A stretch of 64,000 bases of DNA. It comes from Candidatus Sulfomarinibacteraceae bacterium (GTDB taxonomy: Bacteria > Acidobacteriota > Thermoanaerobaculia > Thermoanaerobaculales > Sulfomarinibacteraceae). The notes under the pieces are model-generated. The model saw only the letters and a program-made list of their open reading frames with translations. It made no database searches and was not told where the DNA came from. The stretch covers positions 128,001-192,000 of the forward strand of contig CAWCLO010000007.1 of the NCBI GenBank assembly GCA_963796455.1, in the 5' to 3' direction. Of the stretch, positions 51,812 through 60,790 are shown piece after piece. The translations under genes and the position numbers were made by a program. How positions within the stretch are numbered: position 1 is the stretch's first letter; the number at the start of each line of letters is the position of its first letter.

Positions 51812-52507
51812 CTACTCGGCCCCTTCTTCCTCTTCTTCGCCCTTGCCCTTGCCGATAACCTCCGGCTCCGCCGACTCGGCGGTCTCCAGAAGCTCTTCAT
51901 CGCCCTCTTCCGCGGTCTCTTCTTCGACCACACGCGGAATCTCGATGACGACCACGACCCGGCTCTCATCAACCAGGAACTTGGCGTTCTCAGGCAACTG
52001 ATCCTGCAGATCCGCCACCTTGAGATGCTCACCGACTTCGAGATCCGAAATATCGAGGACAAACTTGTCGAACATCTCCCGCGGCAGGATCTCGACCTCG
52101 ATGTCTCGCGATACGAAATCGACGCGGCCGCCTTGGCGAACACCGACACAGTCGCCGGTCAATTCGACAGGAATCTTGACGGTGAGCTTGTGACCGCGAG
52201 TAATCCTGATGAAGTCAATGTGGAGAAACCGGCCACTGACGGGATCGGTCTGCAATTCTTTGATCATTGCCAGGCGTTCTTCCGAAGTGCCTTTGAGCTT
52301 GAGCAAAAAAATGGTGTTCTCACCGGCGGCTCCCTTGAGCAACTCGCGAACCGAGTGTTCTTCGACCGCAATCGGCACCGGCGGTTTGTCTCCGCCGTAG
52401 ACCACTGAGGGCACCATCCCGCGACGCCGCATGCGACCCGCCTCTGACGTACCGCGACTGTCGCGGCCTTCCACTGTGACAACAATTTCCGGACTTTCCA
52501 ATACCAT
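51812..52507 (-). CDS. rplY: 50S ribosomal protein L25/Ctc
   Basis: 'RMRRRGMVPSVVYG', 'HIDF', acidic tail 'EPEVIGKGK'. Confidence 0.95.
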   Translation of the reverse strand: MVLESPEIVVTVEGRDSRGTSEAGRMRRRGMVPSVVYGGDKPPVPIAVEEHSVRELLKGAAGENTIFLLKLKGTSEERLAMIKELQTDPVSGRFLHIDFIRITRGHKLTVKIPVELTGDCVGVRQGGRVDFVSRDIEVEILPREMFDKFVLDISDLEVGEHLKVADLQDQLPENAKFLVDESRVVVVIEIPRVVEEETAEEGDEELLETAESAEPEVIGKGKGEEEEEGAE

Positions 52508-52535
52508 TTTCGAATCTCCCTTAGATCAGAACTGA

Positions 52536-53483
52536 CTAAACGAAAAGGCTCGAAACCGAGGCTCCCTCGTGAATGCGCCGAATAGCCTCCCCAAGGAGAA
52601 CCGCCAACGAAAGCTGTTCGACTTTGGGACTCGATTTCGCTTTTTCACTGAGAGCGAGTGTATCGGTCACGATGACCTTTTCGATAGATGATGAATTGAG
52701 GCGGTCGATGGCGGGCCCCGAGAACACGGGGTGTACGCCGGTTGCGTAGACCGAGCGAGCTCCGCGCTCGATCAAGGCCTCAGCGGAGTGAACCAGGGTG
52801 CCCGCGGTGTCAATGATGTCATCCACGATGACGCAATCGCATCCTTCGACATTTCCGATGACGTTCATGATTTCCGCACGATTTGCTTCGGGACGCCGTT
52901 TGTCCATGATGGCGAGGTCGAGTTTGAGACGTTTTGCAAACGCTCGAGCCCTTTCTACGCCACCTGCGTCCGGCGAAACCAACATCGGATTCTGGAGGTT
53001 TTTCCGCCGAATCGCTTCGATCAGCACGGGTGCGGCGTAGAGGTGATCCACCGGAATATCAAAGAAACCCTGGATCTGTGCTGCATGCAGATCGATCGTC
53101 AACATGCGGTCCGCCCCGGCGGTGGTGATCAGATTGGCGATGAGCTTCGCGGTAATCGGCACCCGCGGCGCGTCTTTTCGATCCTGCCGCGCGTATCCCA
53201 TATAGGGCATCACGACACACACCCGTGCCGGCGAGGCACGCCGGAACGCATCGAGCATGATCAGCAGTTCCATCAAGCTCTCGTTTGCCGGAGATCCAGT
53301 CGGCTGAACGATAAAAACATCGGCGCCGCGCGCATTTTCCTCGATCTGACAATAGAGTTCGCCATCGGAGAAATTACCCAGGCGCACCTGCCCCATTTCG
53401 ATCTGCAGATAACCGCAGATCGCCTCGGTCAGCGCCGGGTTGGCGCGACCCGAAAAGACCAACAGGGGATGTTCTCTGAGCAT
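52536..53483 (-). CDS. prs: Ribose-phosphate pyrophosphokinase
   Basis: 'FSDGE', 'GYARQDRK', 'DLHA', 'VSPDAGG', 'VDDIIDTAGT'. Confidence 0.97.
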   Translation of the reverse strand: MLREHPLLVFSGRANPALTEAICGYLQIEMGQVRLGNFSDGELYCQIEENARGADVFIVQPTGSPANESLMELLIMLDAFRRASPARVCVVMPYMGYARQDRKDAPRVPITAKLIANLITTAGADRMLTIDLHAAQIQGFFDIPVDHLYAAPVLIEAIRRKNLQNPMLVSPDAGGVERARAFAKRLKLDLAIMDKRRPEANRAEIMNVIGNVEGCDCVIVDDIIDTAGTLVHSAEALIERGARSVYATGVHPVFSGPAIDRLNSSSIEKVIVTDTLALSEKAKSSPKVEQLSLAVLLGEAIRRIHEGASVSSLFV

Positions 53484-53498
53484 GTACCGCCTACCTCG

Positions 53499-53573
53499 TG
53501 GCTGGGGCGGCAGGATTCGAACCTGCGAATGCCGATTCCAAAGACCGGTGGCTTACCGCTTGCCGACGCCCCA
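53499..53573 (-). tRNA. tRNA-Gln (TTG)
   Basis: tggggcg...ccggt-ctTTGga-atcgg...gcaggttcgaatcctgc-cgccccag-cca cloverleaf, in the canonical ispE-prs position. Confidence 0.95.
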
Positions 53574-53670
53574 AGCGCCGCAGAGTATACCCGATTTTGC
53601 ACGGAAGCCGGTTTTGTATCCGCCGCGACTGCAATGCGGTCGTTTCGATCAACGCAATCTGCTACGAATA

Positions 53671-54069
53671 TCAGCCTTTTTCGGCGTTGCTGCCCGGCAC
53701 TTCGGAGACCCAGAATTCTTCGTCGAAGAGCTTCGTCGCCAGGCGATCCAAGGGCGACTGTTTCGTGTCCTTGCCGCCGGGCCCCTGCGCCCCACGCTCG
53801 CCGACAACTCGCGTGGCCAAGGCACTCTCGAACTCAGCCAGGACCTTGTCTTCGATCAACTGGCGGGTTTCGCTGTTCAGTGGGTGGGCGATATCCCGCA
53901 TCTGGCCGTTGCGTGTCTTGCGCCCGGGCATGGTCACGAACACCTGGCCGTCGCGACCTTCGATCACTCGCAAATCATTGACAATAAAGCAGTCATCGAA
54001 AATCACGCTGGCAAAGGCACGGACCTTTCCACCCTTTGCCGGGCTGATTCGCACCTCAGTCACTTCCAT
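53671..54069 (-). CDS. spoVG: SpoVG-family nucleic-acid-binding protein
   Basis: 'MEVTEVRI..KVRAFASVIFDDCFIVNDLRVIEG..FVTMP..RDIAHPLN'. Confidence 0.88.
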   Translation of the reverse strand: MEVTEVRISPAKGGKVRAFASVIFDDCFIVNDLRVIEGRDGQVFVTMPGRKTRNGQMRDIAHPLNSETRQLIEDKVLAEFESALATRVVGERGAQGPGGKDTKQSPLDRLATKLFDEEFWVSEVPGSNAEKG

Positions 54070-54989
54070 GATCGAACTCCCTCTCCTCGTGCGGCCGGCC
54101 GCACCTTCATTCGGGCCTGATTTCGGCCCAGGGTAGAAACCACGTGGACCGTCCAGCTGTCGTCGAGCCCAGCTGCCACTTCGAGCGCGGCCTGACGATT
54201 CTCGAAAACCGCGAACGATGCTGAACCGGACCCGGTCATGGCGACATGGATCGCCGCAGAATCCCGGAGCGAAGCGAGCACCCGCCCGACCTCCGGCCAC
54301 CTGGTAACGACTACCGCCTCCAGATCGTTCCGGTAATTATGCCATGAAGGCCCTCGATCTTTGCCGAAGATCGATGGTCCTGGGGCCCGATCCGGAGTGA
54401 CGCCCGGATATTCGCTGCTCAAGCTCGGTGGAAGCGACGCAAAAACGGATGCTGTCGAAACAGCGATCTTCGGCACCACCACCACCACATGGCAACTTCT
54501 GAGATCAGGAAGCGGTCGGATATCGTCACCCCTCCCCCGGCCTTCCGCGAGACCGCCGTGGAGAAAAAACGGGACATCCGATCCAAGCGCCGCGGCCATC
54601 TGCATCAGATCGCGATTATCGAGCCCTAACCCCCATACCTTGTCGAGAAGCACCAGAGCCGCAGCCGCATCCGACGAACCACCGCCCAGACCCGCCCCGA
54701 CCGGGATGTTCTTGTTGAGAAAAATATTCGCGCCGGCACGAGAGCCCGTGTTTCGCCGAAGCAGCTCAGCCGCTTTTATGATCAGGTTGTCTTCGTCCGG
54801 AGAAAGCCGTCCCTCGGGATCAATGTGGAGGGTCGTCACGCCGTTCTCGGACCGACTTGCCCGGAGGCGGTCCGCAAGATCAATACTGATGAAAAGCGTT
54901 CTCAGCTCGTGATACCCGTCGCTGCGTCTGCCGAGAACCTCGAGGTGCAGGTTGATCTTGGCGGGCGCTGACACCGCGTAAGAGGTCAT
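54060..54989 (-). CDS. ispE: 4-diphosphocytidyl-2-C-methyl-D-erythritol kinase
   Basis: 'PAKINL.L..GYHEL', 'IPVGAGLGGGSSDAA', 'LGSDVPFF', 'MTGSGS'. Confidence 0.95.
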   Translation of the reverse strand: MTSYAVSAPAKINLHLEVLGRRSDGYHELRTLFISIDLADRLRASRSENGVTTLHIDPEGRLSPDEDNLIIKAAELLRRNTGSRAGANIFLNKNIPVGAGLGGGSSDAAAALVLLDKVWGLGLDNRDLMQMAAALGSDVPFFLHGGLAEGRGRGDDIRPLPDLRSCHVVVVVPKIAVSTASVFASLPPSLSSEYPGVTPDRAPGPSIFGKDRGPSWHNYRNDLEAVVVTRWPEVGRVLASLRDSAAIHVAMTGSGSASFAVFENRQAALEVAAGLDDSWTVHVVSTLGRNQARMKVRPAARGEGVRSWK

Positions 54990-55732
54990 TGCCGATCAGC
55001 TGCCCCGCACTCGGGAAGATCCGGCAAGGTCGGTAGGATGCGTCCGTCTCTCCACTCCAGGCGCACCAGTTCCAGTTCGACCCAGCGTTGACCCGGCTTT
55101 TTGATGCCGATTCTTCCCGGCACTGATTGCTCATGCTCTGAGAGTTCCAGACGCCACCCTTTTCCGGAAGCGGTCGATTCCGCCACCGAGAGCACCCGCC
55201 ACGGGTCCGGACTGATCGTGAGCGTCGCTGCCCACCCCGCACCGTCGACTTGCAGACGACCATCATCCAGCCAACGAAGGTGGTCACCATCGAGCACCGG
55301 CAGGCGACCGCTGAGGAGCCGTATGGCCTGCGGCATCGGCATCGCCGCGACGCCGAGAACACGTGACAGGTCGGCAGACTCGATCCGGCACCCTTCCCGC
55401 ATATCGAAGAATGTCGGACGCTCCGTCCCCGACCACGCGGTAAGTGAGATTGCGGATCCGAAGGATTCCGCGATGGTCATTCGACCCTCTTCACCGTTGG
55501 TCAGAACCGACAGTCGCAGACCACCCGCCGACGGCACACGCAAACGGTAGAGCGCCGCTGGATCTCCCTCATGCGGTTGTTTCAGCGCCTCGATCGCCAC
55601 TACCTGATCCTGGACCGAAAGTGGCGGTGTCGAGGCGGATCGGCATGCCGTCAATGACGAGCAAGCCATCAAGCCGATGATCAATGGGGCGAGCAAGTGC
55701 CGCATGGTGGTCGGTCTTTCAGGGCTGGTCAT
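54986..55732 (-). CDS. Lipoprotein of unknown function at the lolB syntenic position
   Basis: Lipobox 'LTAC', located between the TPR gene and ispE. Start is 55732 or 55705. Confidence 0.6.
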   Translation of the reverse strand: MTSPERPTTMRHLLAPLIIGLMACSSLTACRSASTPPLSVQDQVVAIEALKQPHEGDPAALYRLRVPSAGGLRLSVLTNGEEGRMTIAESFGSAISLTAWSGTERPTFFDMREGCRIESADLSRVLGVAAMPMPQAIRLLSGRLPVLDGDHLRWLDDGRLQVDGAGWAATLTISPDPWRVLSVAESTASGKGWRLELSEHEQSVPGRIGIKKPGQRWVELELVRLEWRDGRILPTLPDLPECGAADRQ

Positions 55733-57644
55733 CGTCTGTTCGTTCAAGCAACGAACGCACGTGGTCAGGATCGTCACAACCCATATCGAGACCAAGGAGG
55801 AGATATCGCCGCCCCTCGTCCTGATCGCCGGCGGCCAGGAGAACCTCGCCGAGATGGCAATAGATAGTGCCGTCACCGAGATTGTCTCCCAATTCGACCG
55901 CTCGCCTGAGCCACTGTTCGGCCTCATCGAGATCGCCGCGTCGAAAGTGAACCCAACCGAGACTGTCCAGGTAGGCCGAATTCTCGGGATCCAGTGCCAC
56001 CGCACGAGCGATCAACTCGAGGGCCTCGTCGAGGTGCATTTCCCGATCCGCCAGCATATAGCCGAGATAGTTGGCCGCGTTGGCGTCGTCGGGCTGCTTC
56101 TCGACCAGTTGTCGAAAAATCACCGCCGACTCTTCGAATCGATCCAGTTGTTCAAGGGCGGCGGCGCGGATAAAGAGCAGATCCCGCGAGTCGGCAAACC
56201 GTTCGACGGCAAGACCACTCTCACGCTCGACGTCCTGCCACCGTTCGAGACCCTGGAGGACCTGGAGGCCGAGAAAGACACGCCCCGCCTGATTCGAATC
56301 GAGGAGCGGCCGCAGCCGACGCCATGCCCGCGGATCGTTCATCCGCAACAAAAACTCCGCCTCGATGGCCTCGGCTTCGATCTGGGCACGGCCCGCGAGG
56401 CTCGGCTGAATCCGGACCAGCGCCGACACTCCATCGCGCCATTGTTCCTGGCGGCGATAGGTCTCCGCCAGGATGCGCACGAAATCGGGTCCGACACCGG
56501 AGGGATCGGTCACTCGGTCGAGCCACTCCCGGGCAACGATCGGGTGATCGGCAACCAACTCCATCCGCGCCGCAGTGACCGCCGTTCGAATAGCCCGCCG
56601 GGAGCCGCTGTCGTCAGACACCAAAGCCCATGCCCGCTTGAGCCAAACGCGCCCCTTCTCGTGCTGACCGGAGCGGCTCAAAGACCACGCCATCGCGAGA
56701 ATGAGATCCACATCCTTCGGGTTCTTTTTGGCCAACTTCTGCAAGCGGGAGACCGCCTCCTGATGCCGGCCCAATGATGAAAGAAGATGGGCTTCGAGGG
56801 TCTGGGCCCGGACCGAATCGGGAGCCCTTTCGAGAACACGTTGAACCGTCTCGAGGCTCTGTTCAAGCCGGCCGCCCTCCCACAAAAGACCCGCCGCACG
56901 CATCAGTCCATCGAGATCCGAATCGCTGAGCCACTCCAACATGGCCTCGCCAGCCTCACCCGGACGATCGATCTCGACCATGAGGTCGACAAAATCGTCG
57001 CGGCACTTTCGTGCCGTCGGACCGCCACCCACGCATTGTGAGTAGAGTTCCGCCGCCTCCTCGGATCTTCCTGTCGCACGCAACAGATCCGCATGGAAGA
57101 CGACCAATCTCGGGTTCGTGGCCAATCCCATCCGAAGATGGGCGACGATCTCTTCGGCCTCTTCAAACTTCTCCTGCCGCGCCAGGACCTGAGCCAGTGA
57201 GAACAAGAGGTTCGCGTCGTTTTCTTCGGCATCGACTGCAGCACGCAGCGCGGCCTCGGCCTGCCCCGTCAACGAAGCATCTCTCGACGCTTCCTGCGCG
57301 AGGGCGAGCGCCCGGATGCGGAGCCCTTCGCTGCCGAGATCACCCGTGTCGTCGAGGACAGCTATGGCCTTTCCGGGCATCCCGACATCGACCAGAAAAC
57401 TGGCATAGGAGAGGCGCACCTCGACCACTTCCGGCGCCTCTTCGACGGCCTGCGCATAGGCATCCATGGCCTCACGGAATCGGCCGTTGGCCTCGAGAAT
57501 GCGAGCCTCGAGATAGGAAGCGAGACCGGAAGGCAAAACCACCGGGTCGCTCTCCGACGACGTCTGCGCCATCACCGGCGGCGCCGTCAGCAAAATCAAG
57601 GTCAATACCGAATTCAGAATTCTCTTCAAGGTCACTATCGCCAT
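55719..57644 (-). CDS. Exported tetratricopeptide-repeat protein
   Basis: Signal peptide and multiple TPRs, 'ANYLGYMLAD', 'AYLDSLGWV', 'HLGEV'. Confidence 0.88.
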   Translation of the reverse strand: MAIVTLKRILNSVLTLILLTAPPVMAQTSSESDPVVLPSGLASYLEARILEANGRFREAMDAYAQAVEEAPEVVEVRLSYASFLVDVGMPGKAIAVLDDTGDLGSEGLRIRALALAQEASRDASLTGQAEAALRAAVDAEENDANLLFSLAQVLARQEKFEEAEEIVAHLRMGLATNPRLVVFHADLLRATGRSEEAAELYSQCVGGGPTARKCRDDFVDLMVEIDRPGEAGEAMLEWLSDSDLDGLMRAAGLLWEGGRLEQSLETVQRVLERAPDSVRAQTLEAHLLSSLGRHQEAVSRLQKLAKKNPKDVDLILAMAWSLSRSGQHEKGRVWLKRAWALVSDDSGSRRAIRTAVTAARMELVADHPIVAREWLDRVTDPSGVGPDFVRILAETYRRQEQWRDGVSALVRIQPSLAGRAQIEAEAIEAEFLLRMNDPRAWRRLRPLLDSNQAGRVFLGLQVLQGLERWQDVERESGLAVERFADSRDLLFIRAAALEQLDRFEESAVIFRQLVEKQPDDANAANYLGYMLADREMHLDEALELIARAVALDPENSAYLDSLGWVHFRRGDLDEAEQWLRRAVELGDNLGDGTIYCHLGEVLLAAGDQDEGRRYLLLGLDMGCDDPDHVRSLLERTDDDQP

Positions 57645-57855
57645 CCCTGGTGCGTGCTGCGAGGTGAGATCACCACGCCCTTCTTCTCTGCAACACGCAC
57701 GAGTGTACCTCGTATTGCACACGTCCCACAGAATCCACAGGATTCGATCCACGAGCGACAGTCCGCCACCAAATTTCCCAAAACCGCACTGGATGGGCCG
57801 GGCAATTGGCCTCGTTCCGGGCACCTTTGAGCATCAGATGCTAGAATCTCCGCCG

Positions 57856-59160
57856 ATGACTGAACCCAACGACTCCGACTCCCTGTTTACAGAACAGACT
57901 TTCAGCGAGTTTGATCTCCCCGAAGAGATCAACCGCGCAATCGATGATCTCGGTTTTACCCACCTGACGCGCGTTCAGGCCGAGGTCCTCCCGATTTCAC
58001 TCATGGGGCGGGATGTGGTCGCCCAGGCACAAACCGGTTCCGGAAAGACGGCAGCCTACCTGCTGACCATTTTTTCGAGATTCCTGAAGAACCCACGGAC
58101 CTCTCCTCCGGAATCTCCGCGGGCGCTGATCGTGGCTCCGACGCGCGAGCTCGCCGTCCAGATCGCGGGTGACGCCGAAGGTCTCGGCCATCACGCCGGG
58201 ATTCGGACCCACGTGGTGTTTGGAGGGCTGGACTATCGCAAACAGCGAGAGATTCTCGAACAGGGAACCGATCTTCTCATCGGCACTCCCGGCCGGCTGA
58301 TCGACTACCACAAGAAGCGCGCCTACTCACTCCGCCACACGGAGATGGTCGTAATCGACGAGTGTGACCGCCTTTTTGATATGGGTTTCGCGGAAGATCT
58401 GCGGTGGATCTTGCGCCAGATGCCCCACCCAAAGGATCGGCAGTCGATGATGTTCACGGCCACCCTTTCACAGAGAGTCATGACCCTCGGGTGGCGGCAG
58501 ATGAACAACCCCGCCGAAGTCCTGGTCAGCGCCGCAAAGCTGACCCCCGACACGATTCATCAGGTGCTCTATCACGTATCGACCCGCGAGAAGCTCGCCC
58601 TGCTGCTGGGACTGCTGGAGCGCGAGGTCAGTTCGCGGACCATGGTCTTCGTCAACACACGTTTTCGCGCCAAACGACTGGTGGAAGATCTTCGCCGGCA
58701 CGGCCATATCGCCCGCAGCCTGACCGGAGATGTGGTTCAAACCAAACGGCTCCGCGTGCTCGACGATTTCAGGGACGGCAAACTGCCGATTCTGGTTGCG
58801 ACCGACGTCGCCAGCCGCGGGCTCCATATCGATGGCGTCAGCCACGTCGTCAATTACGATCTGCCGCAGGACGCGGAGGACTACGTCCACCGAATCGGCC
58901 GCACTGCGCGGGTCGGTGCGGAGGGGATGGCCATCACGCTCGCATGTGAGGACTACATCTACTCTCTGGACGCGATTCAGAAATACGTCGGTTACGATTT
59001 GCCCACCGACTTTGCCGGCGACGATCTCTACGCCAAGGTGATCCCTTATGAACGGAAGCCCAGGCAACGAGACCCGAGGGGCCACCGCAAACCCGGCGGT
59101 CACGGCGATTCCAGCTCGAACCGAAACAGGAATCGGAGACCGCGCCGAAAACCGGATTGA
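57856..59160 (+). CDS. DEAD-box RNA helicase (RhlB-like; DECD variant)
   Basis: Q motif, 'AQTGSGKT', 'PTRELA', 'TPGRL', 'DECD', 'HRIGRTAR'. Confidence 0.92.
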   Translation: MTEPNDSDSLFTEQTFSEFDLPEEINRAIDDLGFTHLTRVQAEVLPISLMGRDVVAQAQTGSGKTAAYLLTIFSRFLKNPRTSPPESPRALIVAPTRELAVQIAGDAEGLGHHAGIRTHVVFGGLDYRKQREILEQGTDLLIGTPGRLIDYHKKRAYSLRHTEMVVIDECDRLFDMGFAEDLRWILRQMPHPKDRQSMMFTATLSQRVMTLGWRQMNNPAEVLVSAAKLTPDTIHQVLYHVSTREKLALLLGLLEREVSSRTMVFVNTRFRAKRLVEDLRRHGHIARSLTGDVVQTKRLRVLDDFRDGKLPILVATDVASRGLHIDGVSHVVNYDLPQDAEDYVHRIGRTARVGAEGMAITLACEDYIYSLDAIQKYVGYDLPTDFAGDDLYAKVIPYERKPRQRDPRGHRKPGGHGDSSSNRNRNRRPRRKPD

Positions 59161-59178
59161 GCCGCCTCGTTCAGATTC

Positions 59179-60231
59179 TCAACGTTTTGCCCCGAAATCC
59201 ATCTCCGGCGGTTTTTCGTTCGACCATTGTGGCAAGGACGGGCCCTCCGTCGATGGATCGCACCAGACGACATCACGCGGCGAATCGCCGATTTCAGCAG
59301 TGGAAATGATCTCTCGTTTGTCGATGTCAAAAACTTCGAGCGTCTGAGACTCCGATCCCACCGCTACGTGACGACCGTCAGGAGAAGGCACCAGTCGCAC
59401 CGGCCGTCCCGCCAGCGGAAGGGTCCAGTTTTTTGCCAACTCGAGCGTGTTTTCCTTGTTCGCTTTGATCTTCCAAATCTTGAGCTCGCCACCGCCGTCG
59501 TCCCGGGCCACCGCCACCACGAGCATGGAGCCACCGAGGGCGAAGCTGAGGTCCATCGGGCGACTCTCGACCTTGAAGCTGGCGATCGGCGCCAAAGTGG
59601 CCGGCTCCACCACAAGTACCTGTCTGTTTTCGGCATCGGCCAACGCGAGGACCCCGAGGTTTTCCGACAAGGCGAACTGGCGGACATCCCCGCCCAGGGC
59701 CTGGCGATAGACAACCCTGCCTTCGTCGAGCTTGACCGCGGTCATCCAGACATCACCGCCGCCTTCAGGACGCCGCTCAAGAACCAACGCGATCGTATTC
59801 CCGGCGAGGATCTGGACCTGCCATGGATGGGTGAATGAGGCTTCGACCCGGCCCATGACGGCGCGCTCCGGATAGCTCATCACCAGCATCTGGCGACTGA
59901 CCACCAGATACCGATCGATCAAATCCCCAAAGTGAGGCATCGTGACGCCATCCAGCGTGTCCTGGACCGTCTGAGTTCGGAGATTGATCACCGTCGTCGC
60001 CCCGTTCATGAGATCCGGGGCATAGAGGATTCCACCCGGCGCAGGGAAAAGCCACGCTACAGGTCCGGTGGGAAACGCCTTCGTGAGACCCGTCGACGGA
60101 TCGGCCACCACCACGTTGTCTCCGGCCGAGACGGCGAGTAAACCCATGGGGTGTTCTTCTTTGGCCGCGGCGACAAAGCCGATTGCGATCACCGCCAGAA
60201 AAACCAATCCATTTGCCAGTGTCTTGATCAT
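59179..60231 (-). CDS. Exported YncE-like beta-propeller protein
   Basis: Signal peptide and repeated blade patterns ('SPDGRHVAVG', 'PRDVVW'). Confidence 0.65.
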   Translation of the reverse strand: MIKTLANGLVFLAVIAIGFVAAAKEEHPMGLLAVSAGDNVVVADPSTGLTKAFPTGPVAWLFPAPGGILYAPDLMNGATTVINLRTQTVQDTLDGVTMPHFGDLIDRYLVVSRQMLVMSYPERAVMGRVEASFTHPWQVQILAGNTIALVLERRPEGGGDVWMTAVKLDEGRVVYRQALGGDVRQFALSENLGVLALADAENRQVLVVEPATLAPIASFKVESRPMDLSFALGGSMLVVAVARDDGGGELKIWKIKANKENTLELAKNWTLPLAGRPVRLVPSPDGRHVAVGSESQTLEVFDIDKREIISTAEIGDSPRDVVWCDPSTEGPSLPQWSNEKPPEMDFGAKR

Positions 60232-60269
60232 GTATTTACTTTAGCCCACCCATTGCTCTATCGATCCCG

Positions 60270-60340
60270 AAAGGGGAAAGGGAGAAAGGGAGATAGGGGG
60301 AAAGGGGGAAGGGAGATAGGGGGAAAGGGGGAAAGGGAGA
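60270..60340 (+). repeat. Purine-rich ~8-nt tandem repeats (AAAGGGAG/ATAGGGGG)
   Basis: About 8 units with successive G-runs. Confidence 0.75.
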
Positions 60341-60382
60341 ACCATCCGCACTGACTTCGAAATCGAGAGAATGTCGCCTCCC

Positions 60383-60505
60383 GATGTCATCCTGAGCGGA
60401 GCCCCCACAGGGGCGTAGTCGAAGGATCTATGAGACGGACCGCAATTCCCGCGAGCCGCAGATCCTTCGACTGCGCGCCAAAGGCGCTTCGCTCAGGATG
60501 ACATC
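60383..60505. repeat. GTCATCCTGAGCG-type REP-like palindromic element
   Basis: gatgtcatcctgagcg..agtcgaaggatct ... agatccttcgact..cgctcaggatgacatc nested inverted repeats. Confidence 0.85.
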
Positions 60506-60699
60506 TTGAACGACAGTTCCCTTCCCCATTGCCGAATGGGCCGACGCTACCCAAGATGGCAGGGGGTGGAGGACCGCTCGGCATCCTCGCTCTCGCTATC
60601 GGGATCGCTATCGCTATCGAACAGCTGCGGTGGATACCGATCCCGAAAGGGGAAACGGAGAACCCTACCGGAAGCTCTGTACGTGATAAGGAGAAGGTG

Positions 60700-60790
60700 T
60701 CCTCTGCTCCTCTGCTCCTCTGCTCCTCTGCTCCTCTGCTCCTCTGCTCCTCTCTCCTCTCTGCTCCTCTGCTCCTCTGCTCCTACTCCA
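60700..60790 (+). repeat. CTCCTCTG octamer tandem array
   Basis: About 10 copies, abutting the SulP stop codon. Confidence 0.85.

Noticed and set aside
53499..53573. tRNA-Gln as an integration site for an island
   Set aside because: No integrase and no duplicated tRNA 3' end, and the flanking operon is intact.
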